A stretch of DNA of 64,000 nt from Candidatus Moraniibacteriota bacterium (GTDB lineage Bacteria; Patescibacteriota; Minisyncoccia; Moranbacterales; GCA-2747515). The translations under genes were made by a program, and so were the position numbers. Each line of letters starts with the position of its first letter. Position 1 is the stretch's first letter. A model generated the notes under the pieces. That model made no database searches, was not told the DNA's origin, and was given only the letters and a program-made list of their open reading frames with translations. The stretch lies in contig CP065011.1 in assembly GCA_016699795.1 (NCBI GenBank), positions 482,474-546,473 on the forward strand. Direction: 5' to 3'. Positions 47,637 to 56,298 of the stretch are shown here, one piece after another.

Positions 47637-48442
47637 AATCGTGATCGTCTCAAATAAACATACAAAGAAAAAAATTTTTTCTCCAAAAAAGAAAGGTGTT
47701 TCTTACTGTATCGTTCCATTGAGTCATAATAGGCTGTTTTTTGCAATTTTTTATTTTCTTGAAAGCTTTTTCCCCCTTGATGACAAAATGTTATTTGAGG
47801 ATAATACCAACAGTTTTTTCCTTTTATCTCCTTCGTTCTCAAACAAAAATCCATATCTTCAAAATAGAGGAAAAAATTCTCATCAAAACCACCAAGATCA
47901 AAAAAGGTTTTTTTCCTAACAAAAAGAGTTGCCCCTGTCACCCATCCCGTCAATAAAGGTTTTTGAGGATCTGCCACAAAACCCGATACGAAGATACTAT
48001 ACCGAAAAATCCACCAAAAAAAATTTAAGAAATCTCCATAAATCCAAGGCTGAATGGTTCCTTTTTTTTCCACAAGTCGAAAACCCATAATTTCCACTTT
48101 TTGAGAAAGAAAAAAATTAAACGACTCTTTTATATCTCCGCTAAGATATTCTGTGTCAGGATTAATAAACCAAAGGTATTCTCCTTTTGCTTTTTTTGCA
48201 GCAAAATTACAAGCGCCTCCAAATCCAACATTTCCGCGTGGATGTAAAAATATTTGTAAAGAATATTTTTTCTTTTTATTTTCATCTATGAGAATACTCT
48301 CTGAAAAATCATTATTAATAATAATCCATTCAAACAAAAATCCTTCTTTTTCAAGACGAGTAGATAAAGAAAAAATGCATCGTTCAAGAAGAGATGCTGA
48401 TGCATAATTTACCACTATAAGAGAAAAAGTTTTATTCTTCAT
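47633..48442 (-). CDS. glycosyltransferase family 2
   Basis: 269 aa. N-terminal IVVNYASASLLERC. DxD-like region (FINPDTE). Overall GT-A fold pattern. Confidence 0.6.
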   Translation of the reverse strand: MKNKTFSLIVVNYASASLLERCIFSLSTRLEKEGFLFEWIIINNDFSESILIDENKKKKYSLQIFLHPRGNVGFGGACNFAAKKAKGEYLWFINPDTEYLSGDIKESFNFFLSQKVEIMGFRLVEKKGTIQPWIYGDFLNFFWWIFRYSIFVSGFVADPQKPLLTGWVTGATLFVRKKTFFDLGGFDENFFLYFEDMDFCLRTKEIKGKNCWYYPQITFCHQGGKSFQENKKLQKTAYYDSMERYSKKHLSFLEKKFFSLYVYLRRSRL

Positions 48443-49292
48443 ATGGGAGCGAACGTATAGCGAGATACACTGAACGTATCATAGCATTATTCGAATTCCC
48501 CCTAAAAAGATACCCACTTTTTATTTTGCGAACTATTTGAAAAATATACAGCCAAGGTCGCCACAATAAAGACATATTCTTATGAAAAAATAAGTTTCCG
48601 GAACGAATAAGAAAATAAGTCTTTTTTGGCTTATTAGACTCACTTACTTCTTCATGAACAATGGAATTTTTCGAAACAACATACACACCAAAACCCGCAT
48701 TTTTTGAGCGAAAACAAAAATCTACATCTTCATAATAAAGAAAAAATCTTTCATCAAAGAGTCCTATTTTTTTGTATACTTCTTTGGAAACCAACATCAC
48801 ACAACCAGGCACATAATCTGAAGGATAACAATCTTTATTTATTTTATTATCTTCGTGAATAGCCCTCAAACGAAACCAGTCAATCTTACCATAAGAAAAC
48901 CATATGGATCCATTAGGAAAAAGTATTTTTGGACTATAAACTCCTGGACCATATTTTTTTTGGGCGAAAGAAAGCTCTTTTATTGTGTTAGGGGAAAGAA
49001 AAGCATCATTATTAACAAGGAGAATATCATCCGCTCCTTTTTCTAAAGAAAATCGAATTCCTAAATTCATTCCAGCGGAAAATCCTGAGTTTTTTCCATT
49101 TATAATAAAATGTGCTCGTGAAAAATTTTTTTTCGCCAACTCCAAAGATCCATCAAAAGAGGCATTATCTACAACAACAACCTCGAAGTTTGGATATTTT
49201 GAAGCATAAATATGTTTAAGACAGGAAATTATAGTTGCCTTCCCATTATAATTTAAGACAACAACAAATACACGTCGATTTTTATAGTTCAT
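48432..49292 (-). CDS. glycosyltransferase family 2
   Basis: 286 aa. VVVLNYNGKATIISCLKHI...VVVVDNASFDGS...LLVNNDAF are classic GT2 motifs. Confidence 0.75.
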   Translation of the reverse strand: MNYKNRRVFVVVLNYNGKATIISCLKHIYASKYPNFEVVVVDNASFDGSLELAKKNFSRAHFIINGKNSGFSAGMNLGIRFSLEKGADDILLVNNDAFLSPNTIKELSFAQKKYGPGVYSPKILFPNGSIWFSYGKIDWFRLRAIHEDNKINKDCYPSDYVPGCVMLVSKEVYKKIGLFDERFFLYYEDVDFCFRSKNAGFGVYVVSKNSIVHEEVSESNKPKKTYFLIRSGNLFFHKNMSLLWRPWLYIFQIVRKIKSGYLFRGNSNNAMIRSVYLAIRSLPYEE

Positions 49293-49324
49293 AGGCTTTT
49301 TTTATTTTTTTAGTATAACACATC

Positions 49325-50752
49325 TTAAACAGGGAAACGATTAGGGAAAAATTGTTGCAATTCTTCCCTTGTAACTGCTCGAGTAAGGAAAATACTTACA
49401 CCATAAACAAACATAGCAATTCCCAATGTTACAAAAAAATGAAAATGCTCAGCACAAAGAAAGATAGCAAGAGCCATAAATCCTCCAGAAATTAAAATTC
49501 TCTCAATTCTTTTTGTCGCAAGAAAATATCCTATTTTCCTTTTCACAGCCCACCCAGTCAAGAGAGTAACGCAAAATTCTGTTATCACTGATGTCATCGC
49601 TGCTCCCAAAAATGAATATTTTGGTATAAGAATGACATTAAGTGCAAGATTTCCTAATGCACAAAAAAAGAGAAATTTCATAAGAAACATTTCTTTATTA
49701 GCGACTATTAAAATGGCATTAAAAAGATGTCCAAAAAACATACAACCAAGAGCAAAAAGGAGTATCTGCAAAACAGGAACAGATTCTATAAACGCAGCAC
49801 CTCCAATAAGAAGAATAATTTGTTCTGCTAACATAAAACCTCCTATTAACATAGGAATAACAATAAGAAAAAAAGTTTTTGCCGTTGCATCAGCAATTCT
49901 TTGAAAGCCTTTTTTGTCATCAAAAATTTTATGAGCAAGTAGTGGTAGCACTAAACCAATAATCATTGCTGGAAAGAAGACTACATTTTCTATTATTTTA
50001 TAAGCAGCCCCATAAATACCAACCGCTTCCGGACCCTTTATAAAAGAAAGGAGGATGGCATCAAATTTAAAATAAAAAAAGGTTATAAGAACCGAAATAC
50101 CCAAAGGAAATGATCGGCGAAGAAACACTTTCCAAAAAGAAATATCAAAACGAAAAGAAAAAGTAATAAATTTTCTACTCCAAAAAAAGAGAACGAAAAA
50201 ATTAAATGCCATAAAAACAACAAGCGAACTCATTATGGCAAGTAATCCCATATTCATCTTTATAGCAATAAAAATTATAGCTACTTGAATACATTTTCCT
50301 ATCAATTCAGTTAATGCTACACGATCCATGGAAAGATTTTTTTGAAAAATTCCATTCAAAACGGTATAAGAAGATGAAAAGAAGAAAGCGATCAAAGAAA
50401 GGATTATGGCTATTTTATGATAAGAAGAATAGGGAAGAAAAAAAACGAATACTGGTACTATTAAAATAACACTGAGTGATATAATCAATCGTAAAGTAAA
50501 AACATTCCCCATAATAAAAGCTTCATCGGCTTTTTTTCTTGATATTTCCCGAGTAGAGGCCGCGTTTAAACCAAAATCTGCTATTGCCATAAACAAAGCA
50601 AAAAATGCTAATGTTGTTGTGTATTCCCCAAAACCTTCTGGCCCAAGATATCGAGTAATTAAACCTATAGAAACAAGGGCTAATACTGTGGATAAGACTT
50701 TGGAAAAAGCACTAAAACCAACATTATATGCAATTTTTCTAGCAGTACTCAT
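49325..50752 (-). CDS. polysaccharide biosynthesis protein / Wzx-type flippase (MOP superfamily)
   Basis: 475 aa with ~12-14 TM. Typical N-terminal NVGFSAFSKVLSTVLALVSIGLITRYLGPEGFGEY of oligosaccharide flippases. Confidence 0.7.
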   Translation of the reverse strand: MSTARKIAYNVGFSAFSKVLSTVLALVSIGLITRYLGPEGFGEYTTTLAFFALFMAIADFGLNAASTREISRKKADEAFIMGNVFTLRLIISLSVILIVPVFVFFLPYSSYHKIAIILSLIAFFFSSSYTVLNGIFQKNLSMDRVALTELIGKCIQVAIIFIAIKMNMGLLAIMSSLVVFMAFNFFVLFFWSRKFITFSFRFDISFWKVFLRRSFPLGISVLITFFYFKFDAILLSFIKGPEAVGIYGAAYKIIENVVFFPAMIIGLVLPLLAHKIFDDKKGFQRIADATAKTFFLIVIPMLIGGFMLAEQIILLIGGAAFIESVPVLQILLFALGCMFFGHLFNAILIVANKEMFLMKFLFFCALGNLALNVILIPKYSFLGAAMTSVITEFCVTLLTGWAVKRKIGYFLATKRIERILISGGFMALAIFLCAEHFHFFVTLGIAMFVYGVSIFLTRAVTREELQQFFPNRFPV

Positions 50753-50812
50753 AGTTTTCTATTGAAAAATACTTATTCCTCTAGTATCCACGAAAAGAAG
50801 AAAAAAGTCGAG

Positions 50813-50845
50813 AAAAAAACCGCAAAAATTGCGGCTTTTTTTTCT
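50813..50845 (-). terminator. rho-independent terminator after the jag-yidC-rnpA-rpmH operon
   Basis: AAAAAAACCGCAAAAATTGCGGCTTTTTTTT: GC stem CCGCAA/TTGCGG flanked by A and T runs. Confidence 0.5.
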
Positions 50846-50863
50846 ATCTTTTTTTGGAAAAGT

Positions 50864-51352
50864 TTATTTCTTTCCTCCTACTGGCCTTATTATAACTTTT
50901 CTTTTTTCCCCTTCTCCAACACTTTCCGTTACTACATCCTCATTTTGAGAAAGACGCAAATGAACAAGTCTTCTCTCGTAAGCACTCATAGGACGCAAAG
51001 AAACGGCTTTATTTTCAGTTTTTGCCTCTTGAGCAGCTTGGTCTATCACATCAAAAATTAATTTATCTTTTTGTTGTCTATATCCATTAATATCAATAAG
51101 AAAAGGAAATTGATCTTCATGAAAAAGATGTTTTCTTACTAAAAGACGAATAATATATTGTAAAGAACGTAAATTTTCTCCACTTTGTCCAATAAGAATA
51201 TTAGCAGGTCCTGATGATTGAATATTAAAAATAACAACATCATCCAATGAAGAAGATGTAGAAACTTCCACTGAACAATCTTTCAGATCAGCCTTTTCAA
51301 GGATTTTTTCCAAGAATTTCTGTATTCTTTCTATAGCTTCATTTTGTTCCAT
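50864..51352 (-). CDS. jag: Jag/SpoIIIJ-associated KH + R3H RNA-binding protein
   Basis: 162 aa. C-terminal LRPMSAYERRLVHLRLSQNEDVVTESVGEGEKRKVIIRP is the R3H domain. Conserved position next to yidC. Confidence 0.75.
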   Translation of the reverse strand: MEQNEAIERIQKFLEKILEKADLKDCSVEVSTSSSLDDVVIFNIQSSGPANILIGQSGENLRSLQYIIRLLVRKHLFHEDQFPFLIDINGYRQQKDKLIFDVIDQAAQEAKTENKAVSLRPMSAYERRLVHLRLSQNEDVVTESVGEGEKRKVIIRPVGGKK

Positions 51353-51370
51353 ATCTTTCTGCTTTATCCC

Positions 51371-52123
51371 TTATAAAACACTTTTCCTTTTCATAACATA
51401 CCACTGTTGCGTAATCATAAAAAGAGTAGTTGTTAACCAGTAGAGTATCAGACCAGCACCAAACGTCAACCCTATAAACAAAGTAAGTGCAGGAAAAATA
51501 TAAAGCATTTGCGTATTCATCATTTCTGCAAAATCGGGAGTTGCTGATTTTTCATCTTTTTTATCCTCTTCTTTTTGCTTAATACTTTCATTTTTCTTTT
51601 TATTATTCATCATTTTCATTTGAAAATATTGTGCTACAGCTGTAATAAATGCCAGTATCGCATTTGGCTGATTGAGATCTAATATTCCCAAAAATAATGT
51701 ATCTACTTTTCCAGGATTAGGTACTATGGAATAAAGAAGTGTCTCATCTACAAGAAATCCTGCTCCAGAAATATTTATAAGTACTCTATAAATAGCGATG
51801 AAAAAAATAAGCTGTATAATAAGCGGCAAACACCCCCCCAAAGGATTCACTCCCTCTTTTTTATAAAGAGCCATAAGTTCTCGGGCTTGTTTCTCTTTAT
51901 CTTCTTTATACTTTTTTTGTAAAGCTTTAATTTTCGGTTGTATTTCTTGAAGTCCTTTTTGTGATTCAATTTGTTTTTTAGAGAGGGGTATAAGCACTAT
52001 TTTAAGAAGTATAGTTGTCAAGATGATAGCGATACCAAAATCTTCAAAAGAAACCGTATCATACAAACCTATAAGAATATTATAAAGTGGGTCATAAACA
52101 AGTGTGTGAAAAATTGAATTCAT
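51371..52123 (-). CDS. yidC: membrane protein insertase YidC/Oxa1 (short form)
   Basis: 250 aa with 5 TM. ...LSKKQIESQKGLQEIQPKIKALQKKYKEDKEKQ...GGCLPLIIQLIFFIAIYRVL... are hallmark YidC segments. Confidence 0.8.
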   Translation of the reverse strand: MNSIFHTLVYDPLYNILIGLYDTVSFEDFGIAIILTTILLKIVLIPLSKKQIESQKGLQEIQPKIKALQKKYKEDKEKQARELMALYKKEGVNPLGGCLPLIIQLIFFIAIYRVLINISGAGFLVDETLLYSIVPNPGKVDTLFLGILDLNQPNAILAFITAVAQYFQMKMMNNKKKNESIKQKEEDKKDEKSATPDFAEMMNTQMLYIFPALTLFIGLTFGAGLILYWLTTTLFMITQQWYVMKRKSVL

Positions 52124-52458
52124 AAAAAAATATTTTTTCTTTGGTTTAATAACGTCTCAATATCCTTTTTTACCTTATCAAAAACAATATCTTCTTTATT
52201 TCCACGAAAAACAAAAATGATATCGTATGTCGGTCTTATAAAAGGCAAAAGCGGATAAACCGCCTCACGAAGAATTCTTTTTATTCTATTTCTCTCATGA
52301 GCGCGTCGCCATTTCTTTGAACTTACAGCAACGCCCCAATGGAAACCTTTTTGAGAATTATTACAGAGCTGTATTCCACATACTCCATAAGAGAAAAAAT
52401 GACCTTCACGATACACCTTCTGAAATGAACGAAGTGTATAAGTATGTTTTTTTTTCAT
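52120..52458 (-). CDS. rnpA: ribonuclease P protein component
   Basis: ...GVAVSSKKWRRAHERNRIKRILREAVYPL... matches the RnpA RNR motif. Start set at internal Met (MKKKHT) so the gene does not overlap rpmH. Confidence 0.75.
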   Translation of the reverse strand: MKKKHTYTLRSFQKVYREGHFFSYGVCGIQLCNNSQKGFHWGVAVSSKKWRRAHERNRIKRILREAVYPLLPFIRPTYDIIFVFRGNKEDIVFDKVKKDIETLLNQRKNIFL

Positions 52459-52477
52459 AAAAATGAAAAAAGAAACT

Positions 52478-52609
52478 CTAAACGAGCTCTTTTCTTCCTT
52501 TTCTTCTTCTTGCTTGAAGTACACGCTTCCCTGCTGAGGTTAGGCTTCTTTTTAAGAAACCATGTGTATTTCTTCGCTTAATTTTCTTCGGCTGATATGT
52601 TCGCTTCAT
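52478..52609 (-). CDS. rpmH: 50S ribosomal protein L34 (missed by the >=60-aa ORF track)
   Basis: Manual reverse-complement translation gives [43 protein letters not shown] (44 aa), a textbook L34, in the canonical position upstream of rnpA. Confidence 0.85.
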   Translation of the reverse strand: MKRTYQPKKIKRRNTHGFLKRSLTSAGKRVLQARRRKGRKELV

Positions 52610-53049
52610 ACTTTTTTGGATGATCTCTTAACTCGGAAAGAATATCTGTTTTTTTACTTATTGTCAATGCATTTTTCTTTTTATAAAAATATTTTTATTC
52701 TTCAGTACTCTATAAGAACGATTTTTTATTTTCAAATACGAGGTACAAGTTGTTAAAATAAAAAACTATTTATTTTTATTTTAAGGAATGTATATATTGA
52801 AAATTTGCTTTTTTATACGTATTTCGTATACATTTCGTATACTTTTCCACAGGTTTTCCACATGCATATTCTTTATTTCTTTTTATGCTTTAAATAAAGA
52901 ATATTCTTCTTTATTTTTAAATAATTTATTGGCTTTTAAAAAGAAAATAATGACATTATCCACAAGTTATCCCATATATACACCAAAAAACAATTTTCTC
53001 TGTGGTATACTGTTTTTTGAAAGATATCATTTATTCCTTTTTTGCTATT
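52610..53049. promoter_or_regulatory. rpmH-dnaA divergent intergenic region with consensus DnaA box (likely part of oriC / dnaA promoter region)
   Basis: AT-rich 440 nt. Perfect DnaA box TTATCCACA at 52956-52964. Weaker inverted box (tgtggtata) near 53003. Confidence 0.5.
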
Positions 53050-54447
53050 ATGAAATTTGATGAGATATGGAATGCCGTCCTAGGATCTATTGAGCTTTCG
53101 ATCTCAAAAGCTCAATTTGGAACATGGTTTAAAGGAACAAGAATACTTTCTTTAGAAAAAGATTCTGTTTATATTCGTGTTCCTAATGGATTTGCAAAAG
53201 AGTGGCTTGAAAATAAATTCAATATTATCATATTACGATCTCTTCATGACCTTGGTTATCCTGTAAAAGAAATTCATTGTAAGGTTGATGATTCTTTTAT
53301 TCCTAAAGAAAAAGTTTTTTCTGAAAAACAAAGCATTCCAACAAAAAGCATTCCTACATTTTCTTCGGAAATAAAAAATTTTCAACCAACTTCAAAAAAT
53401 TATCAGACTAATTCTTCCTCAAACCTTAATCCTCGTTATACCTTTGAGAACTTCATCATAGGAAATCATAATGAATTAGCATATTCAGCTTGTGTTGCTG
53501 TTTATCAAGATTTGGGAAATGCTTATAATCCACTTTTTATTTACGGAGGAGTAGGTTTAGGAAAAACGCATCTTCTTCAATCTATAGGGAATGCCATACT
53601 TAAAAATACTCCTGAAAAAAAAGTTCTTTACATAACAAGTGAGAAATTTACACAAGAACTTATTAATTCTATAAAGAACCATACGGTAGACACTTTTAAA
53701 AGTTTTTATCAAAACATAGATCTTCTTATTATTGATGATATTCAATTCCTTTCAGGAAGAGAAAAAACCCAACAAGAGTTTTTTCACATTTTTAATACTC
53801 TCTATCAACAAAACAAACAAATTGTATTAAGTAGTGATCGTCCACCAAAAGCAATCGCTACCTTAGAAGATCGCTTACGTTCTCGTTTTGAGGGTGGTAT
53901 GATTGCAGATATTAATAGACCTGATTTAGAAACAAGAATAGCCATTCTTCAAGAAAAAGCTCAACAAAAAAATATCTCTCTTTCTGATGAAATTTTTTCC
54001 TATATTGCCGAAAATATAACAAATAATGTAAGGGAGCTTGAAGGAGCACTTACTCGAATAACAGCACTTCAACAGTTTCATCACATAACACATCCTACTA
54101 TAAAAGATGTTGAGGATATTTTGAAAGAAATAGTTTCAAGTGGTAAAAAAAAGGCTATAAGCCAAGAAGATATTATACATTCTATCTCTTCATTTTATGG
54201 TATATCTTCAGAAGATCTCAAACAAAAGGGAAGAAAAAAGGAAATTGCAGAAGCTCGTCAAATGGCTATGTATCTTATGCGAAAAGAACTTCATCTTCCT
54301 TATACTGGAATTGGTAGATGTTTTGGAGGAAGAGATCATACAACAGCACTTCATGCTTTTGAAAAAATTGAAAAATTATTAGATACTGATGAAAAAACAA
54401 GAAAAGATGTTTCTTTTTTGAAGGAAAAAATTTATTGCATAGAATAA
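53050..54447 (+). CDS. dnaA: chromosomal replication initiator DnaA
   Basis: N-terminal MKFDEIWNAVL... AAA+ Walker A GGVGLGKTHLLQ. Walker B LLIIDDIQF. C-terminal DNA-binding helix-turn-helix (...EIAEARQMAMYLMRKELHLPYTGIGRCFGGRDHTTALHA...). Start trimmed to second Met. Confidence 0.9.
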   Translation: MKFDEIWNAVLGSIELSISKAQFGTWFKGTRILSLEKDSVYIRVPNGFAKEWLENKFNIIILRSLHDLGYPVKEIHCKVDDSFIPKEKVFSEKQSIPTKSIPTFSSEIKNFQPTSKNYQTNSSSNLNPRYTFENFIIGNHNELAYSACVAVYQDLGNAYNPLFIYGGVGLGKTHLLQSIGNAILKNTPEKKVLYITSEKFTQELINSIKNHTVDTFKSFYQNIDLLIIDDIQFLSGREKTQQEFFHIFNTLYQQNKQIVLSSDRPPKAIATLEDRLRSRFEGGMIADINRPDLETRIAILQEKAQQKNISLSDEIFSYIAENITNNVRELEGALTRITALQQFHHITHPTIKDVEDILKEIVSSGKKKAISQEDIIHSISSFYGISSEDLKQKGRKKEIAEARQMAMYLMRKELHLPYTGIGRCFGGRDHTTALHAFEKIEKLLDTDEKTRKDVSFLKEKIYCIE

Positions 54448-54747
54448 TTTTATTAGTGGAAAAGTTTTTTTTCTCTGTGTATTTTAAAAAATATTGGATA
54501 AGTCGTGTATAACTATGGAATAACTCTCGTATATCCATTGAATATTTCTGTTATTATTTTATTTTTTCTGTGTATAACGATAGTATCATTTTTCAAATAT
54601 ATTTTTTCCCACAATTTCTATTTATTTTTCCCAATAACCATTAATCTATTTTTATTTTATTAAAAGCTCTAATTTATGATATACACTTATCCACCTCACT
54701 AATAGTAATAAGTATTAATATATATAATTCTTATATCTTTCTCTTAT
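54448..54747. promoter_or_regulatory. dnaA-dnaN intergenic region with several DnaA-box-like 9-mers (candidate oriC/DUE)
   Basis: TTATCCACC at 54687-54695. TGTGTATAA (reverse complement of TTATACACA) at 54569-54577. TGGATAAG at 54495-54502. Extremely AT-rich. Confidence 0.45.
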
Positions 54748-55890
54748 ATGAAATTCATTTGTACTCAAGAAAACATAGCACAAGCACTTCATTACGTTTC
54801 TCGTATTGCAAAGAAACACGCAACTCTTCCTATTTTGGAAAATATTCTCATTCAAGTAGATAAAACAAAAATAAATATTATAGGCACAGATCTTGAAATG
54901 GGTATTTATCATTCTTTTCGAGCAAAAATTGAAGAAATTGGGGAGATTACTGTTCCTGCAAAAATAATAAGCGGTTTTATTTCACATATTCCTGCAGAAA
55001 ATTCCCTCACTTTTGAATTAAAAGAAAAAGATCTTTATATAGAAAGTGGAAAATATAAAGCTGTTATTGTGGGTTTGAGTGCTGAAGATTTTCCTATTAT
55101 CCCAAAACCAGAAAATCAAGAGAGGGAATTTTGTTGGGAAGTTTCTCTTTCTGAATTTCGAAAAAGAATAACACAGGCTATGGTTTGTATAGCTCCTAAT
55201 GATGTTAGAATTGAGTTCTCCGGGGTTTTTGTTCGTTTCTTGAAAGAGTCTATGGTTTTTGTTTCAACGGACGGATTTCGCCTTCTAGAGGTTCTATGTC
55301 CTTATGAGAAAAATAATAGTAAAGAGGAAGAAGATATTATCATACCTCTCAAAACTCTTTCTGAGCTTTTGCGATGTTTACCTACAAATTCTCAAGAAAA
55401 TATTCAAATACGAAAAGAAGAAGGGCAAATATTTTTCTTTATCGGAGAGAATACTATGATAGTTTCTCAGCTTATAAAAGGAAATTTTCCTGATTATTCT
55501 CAGATAATACCAAAAACTCATCATACTATAGTGGATTTGGATACAAAAGACTGTATTCGTGTTATGAAATTAGCTGGTGTTTTTGGGAGTAGTGTTATTT
55601 CAGAAGTCATTGTTCGAATAAATGCACAAGATAAAATTGTTCAATTTGAATCCAAGAGTGGAATTTCAGGAAAAAATACATCAATTCTCGAACCCCTTTA
55701 TCTTAAAGGGGTTGATCAAGAGATAATTTTTAATCCGAAATATATAAGTGATGCCCTCTCACTTTTTTCTAGCGATTCATTTCGTTGGGTGTTTGTAAAT
55801 GAATCATCACCAGCTCTTCTTGGAGAGATTGGAGAAAATGATGAAATTCATTCGGGATTTCAGTATGTACTCATGCCTATTAAAAAATAA
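54748..55890 (+). CDS. dnaN: DNA polymerase III beta sliding clamp
   Basis: 380 aa. MKFICTQENIAQALHYVSRIAKKHATLPILENILI... Three-domain length and position after dnaA. Confidence 0.9.
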   Translation: MKFICTQENIAQALHYVSRIAKKHATLPILENILIQVDKTKINIIGTDLEMGIYHSFRAKIEEIGEITVPAKIISGFISHIPAENSLTFELKEKDLYIESGKYKAVIVGLSAEDFPIIPKPENQEREFCWEVSLSEFRKRITQAMVCIAPNDVRIEFSGVFVRFLKESMVFVSTDGFRLLEVLCPYEKNNSKEEEDIIIPLKTLSELLRCLPTNSQENIQIRKEEGQIFFFIGENTMIVSQLIKGNFPDYSQIIPKTHHTIVDLDTKDCIRVMKLAGVFGSSVISEVIVRINAQDKIVQFESKSGISGKNTSILEPLYLKGVDQEIIFNPKYISDALSLFSSDSFRWVFVNESSPALLGEIGENDEIHSGFQYVLMPIKK

Positions 55891-55899
55891 AAAAGAAAT

Positions 55900-56184
55900 A
55901 TGGAACTTCTTTCTCATTATTTAAAATCACACGAGAAGAGAAAAATAGTTTTAGATGAGTCTACTGTACTTATTGCTGTTTCTCGTTGTATACAAGATCA
56001 ATTTGGAGCACAAGGAATGTGTAATATAAAAGCAGTTTCATGGAATAATGGAACGGTTATTTTGGAAATCCAAAAATCAATTTGGGCGGGGGAATTTCTT
56101 CAACAAAAAAAAACTTTTCTAGAATGTTGTAATAACTATTTTCAATCAGAACAACCTATTAAAAAAATTTTTGTTCGATCTTAA
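55900..56184 (+). CDS. small DUF721/DciA-like protein (possible helicase-loader-type), hypothetical
   Basis: 94-aa ORF immediately downstream of dnaN. Hydrophobic core ...VSWNNGTVILEIQKSIWAGEF... fits the DUF721 pattern. Assignment tentative. Confidence 0.35.
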   Translation: MELLSHYLKSHEKRKIVLDESTVLIAVSRCIQDQFGAQGMCNIKAVSWNNGTVILEIQKSIWAGEFLQQKKTFLECCNNYFQSEQPIKKIFVRS

Positions 56185-56298
56185 ATGATGAAGAGATAGT
56201 AAGAAATTATATTTGCTCTTTTAAATTTTTACTATGAATTAAAAATACAAAAAACTTGGATAGGTCTTTATAATTCCCGTAAAAAATAAAAATGAATT

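Noticed and set aside
52120-52524. Full-length 134-aa rnpA ORF as given in the track
   Set aside because: Its first 22 codons overlap the clearly genuine rpmH gene. An internal Met at 52458 gives a normal-length RnpA without overlap.
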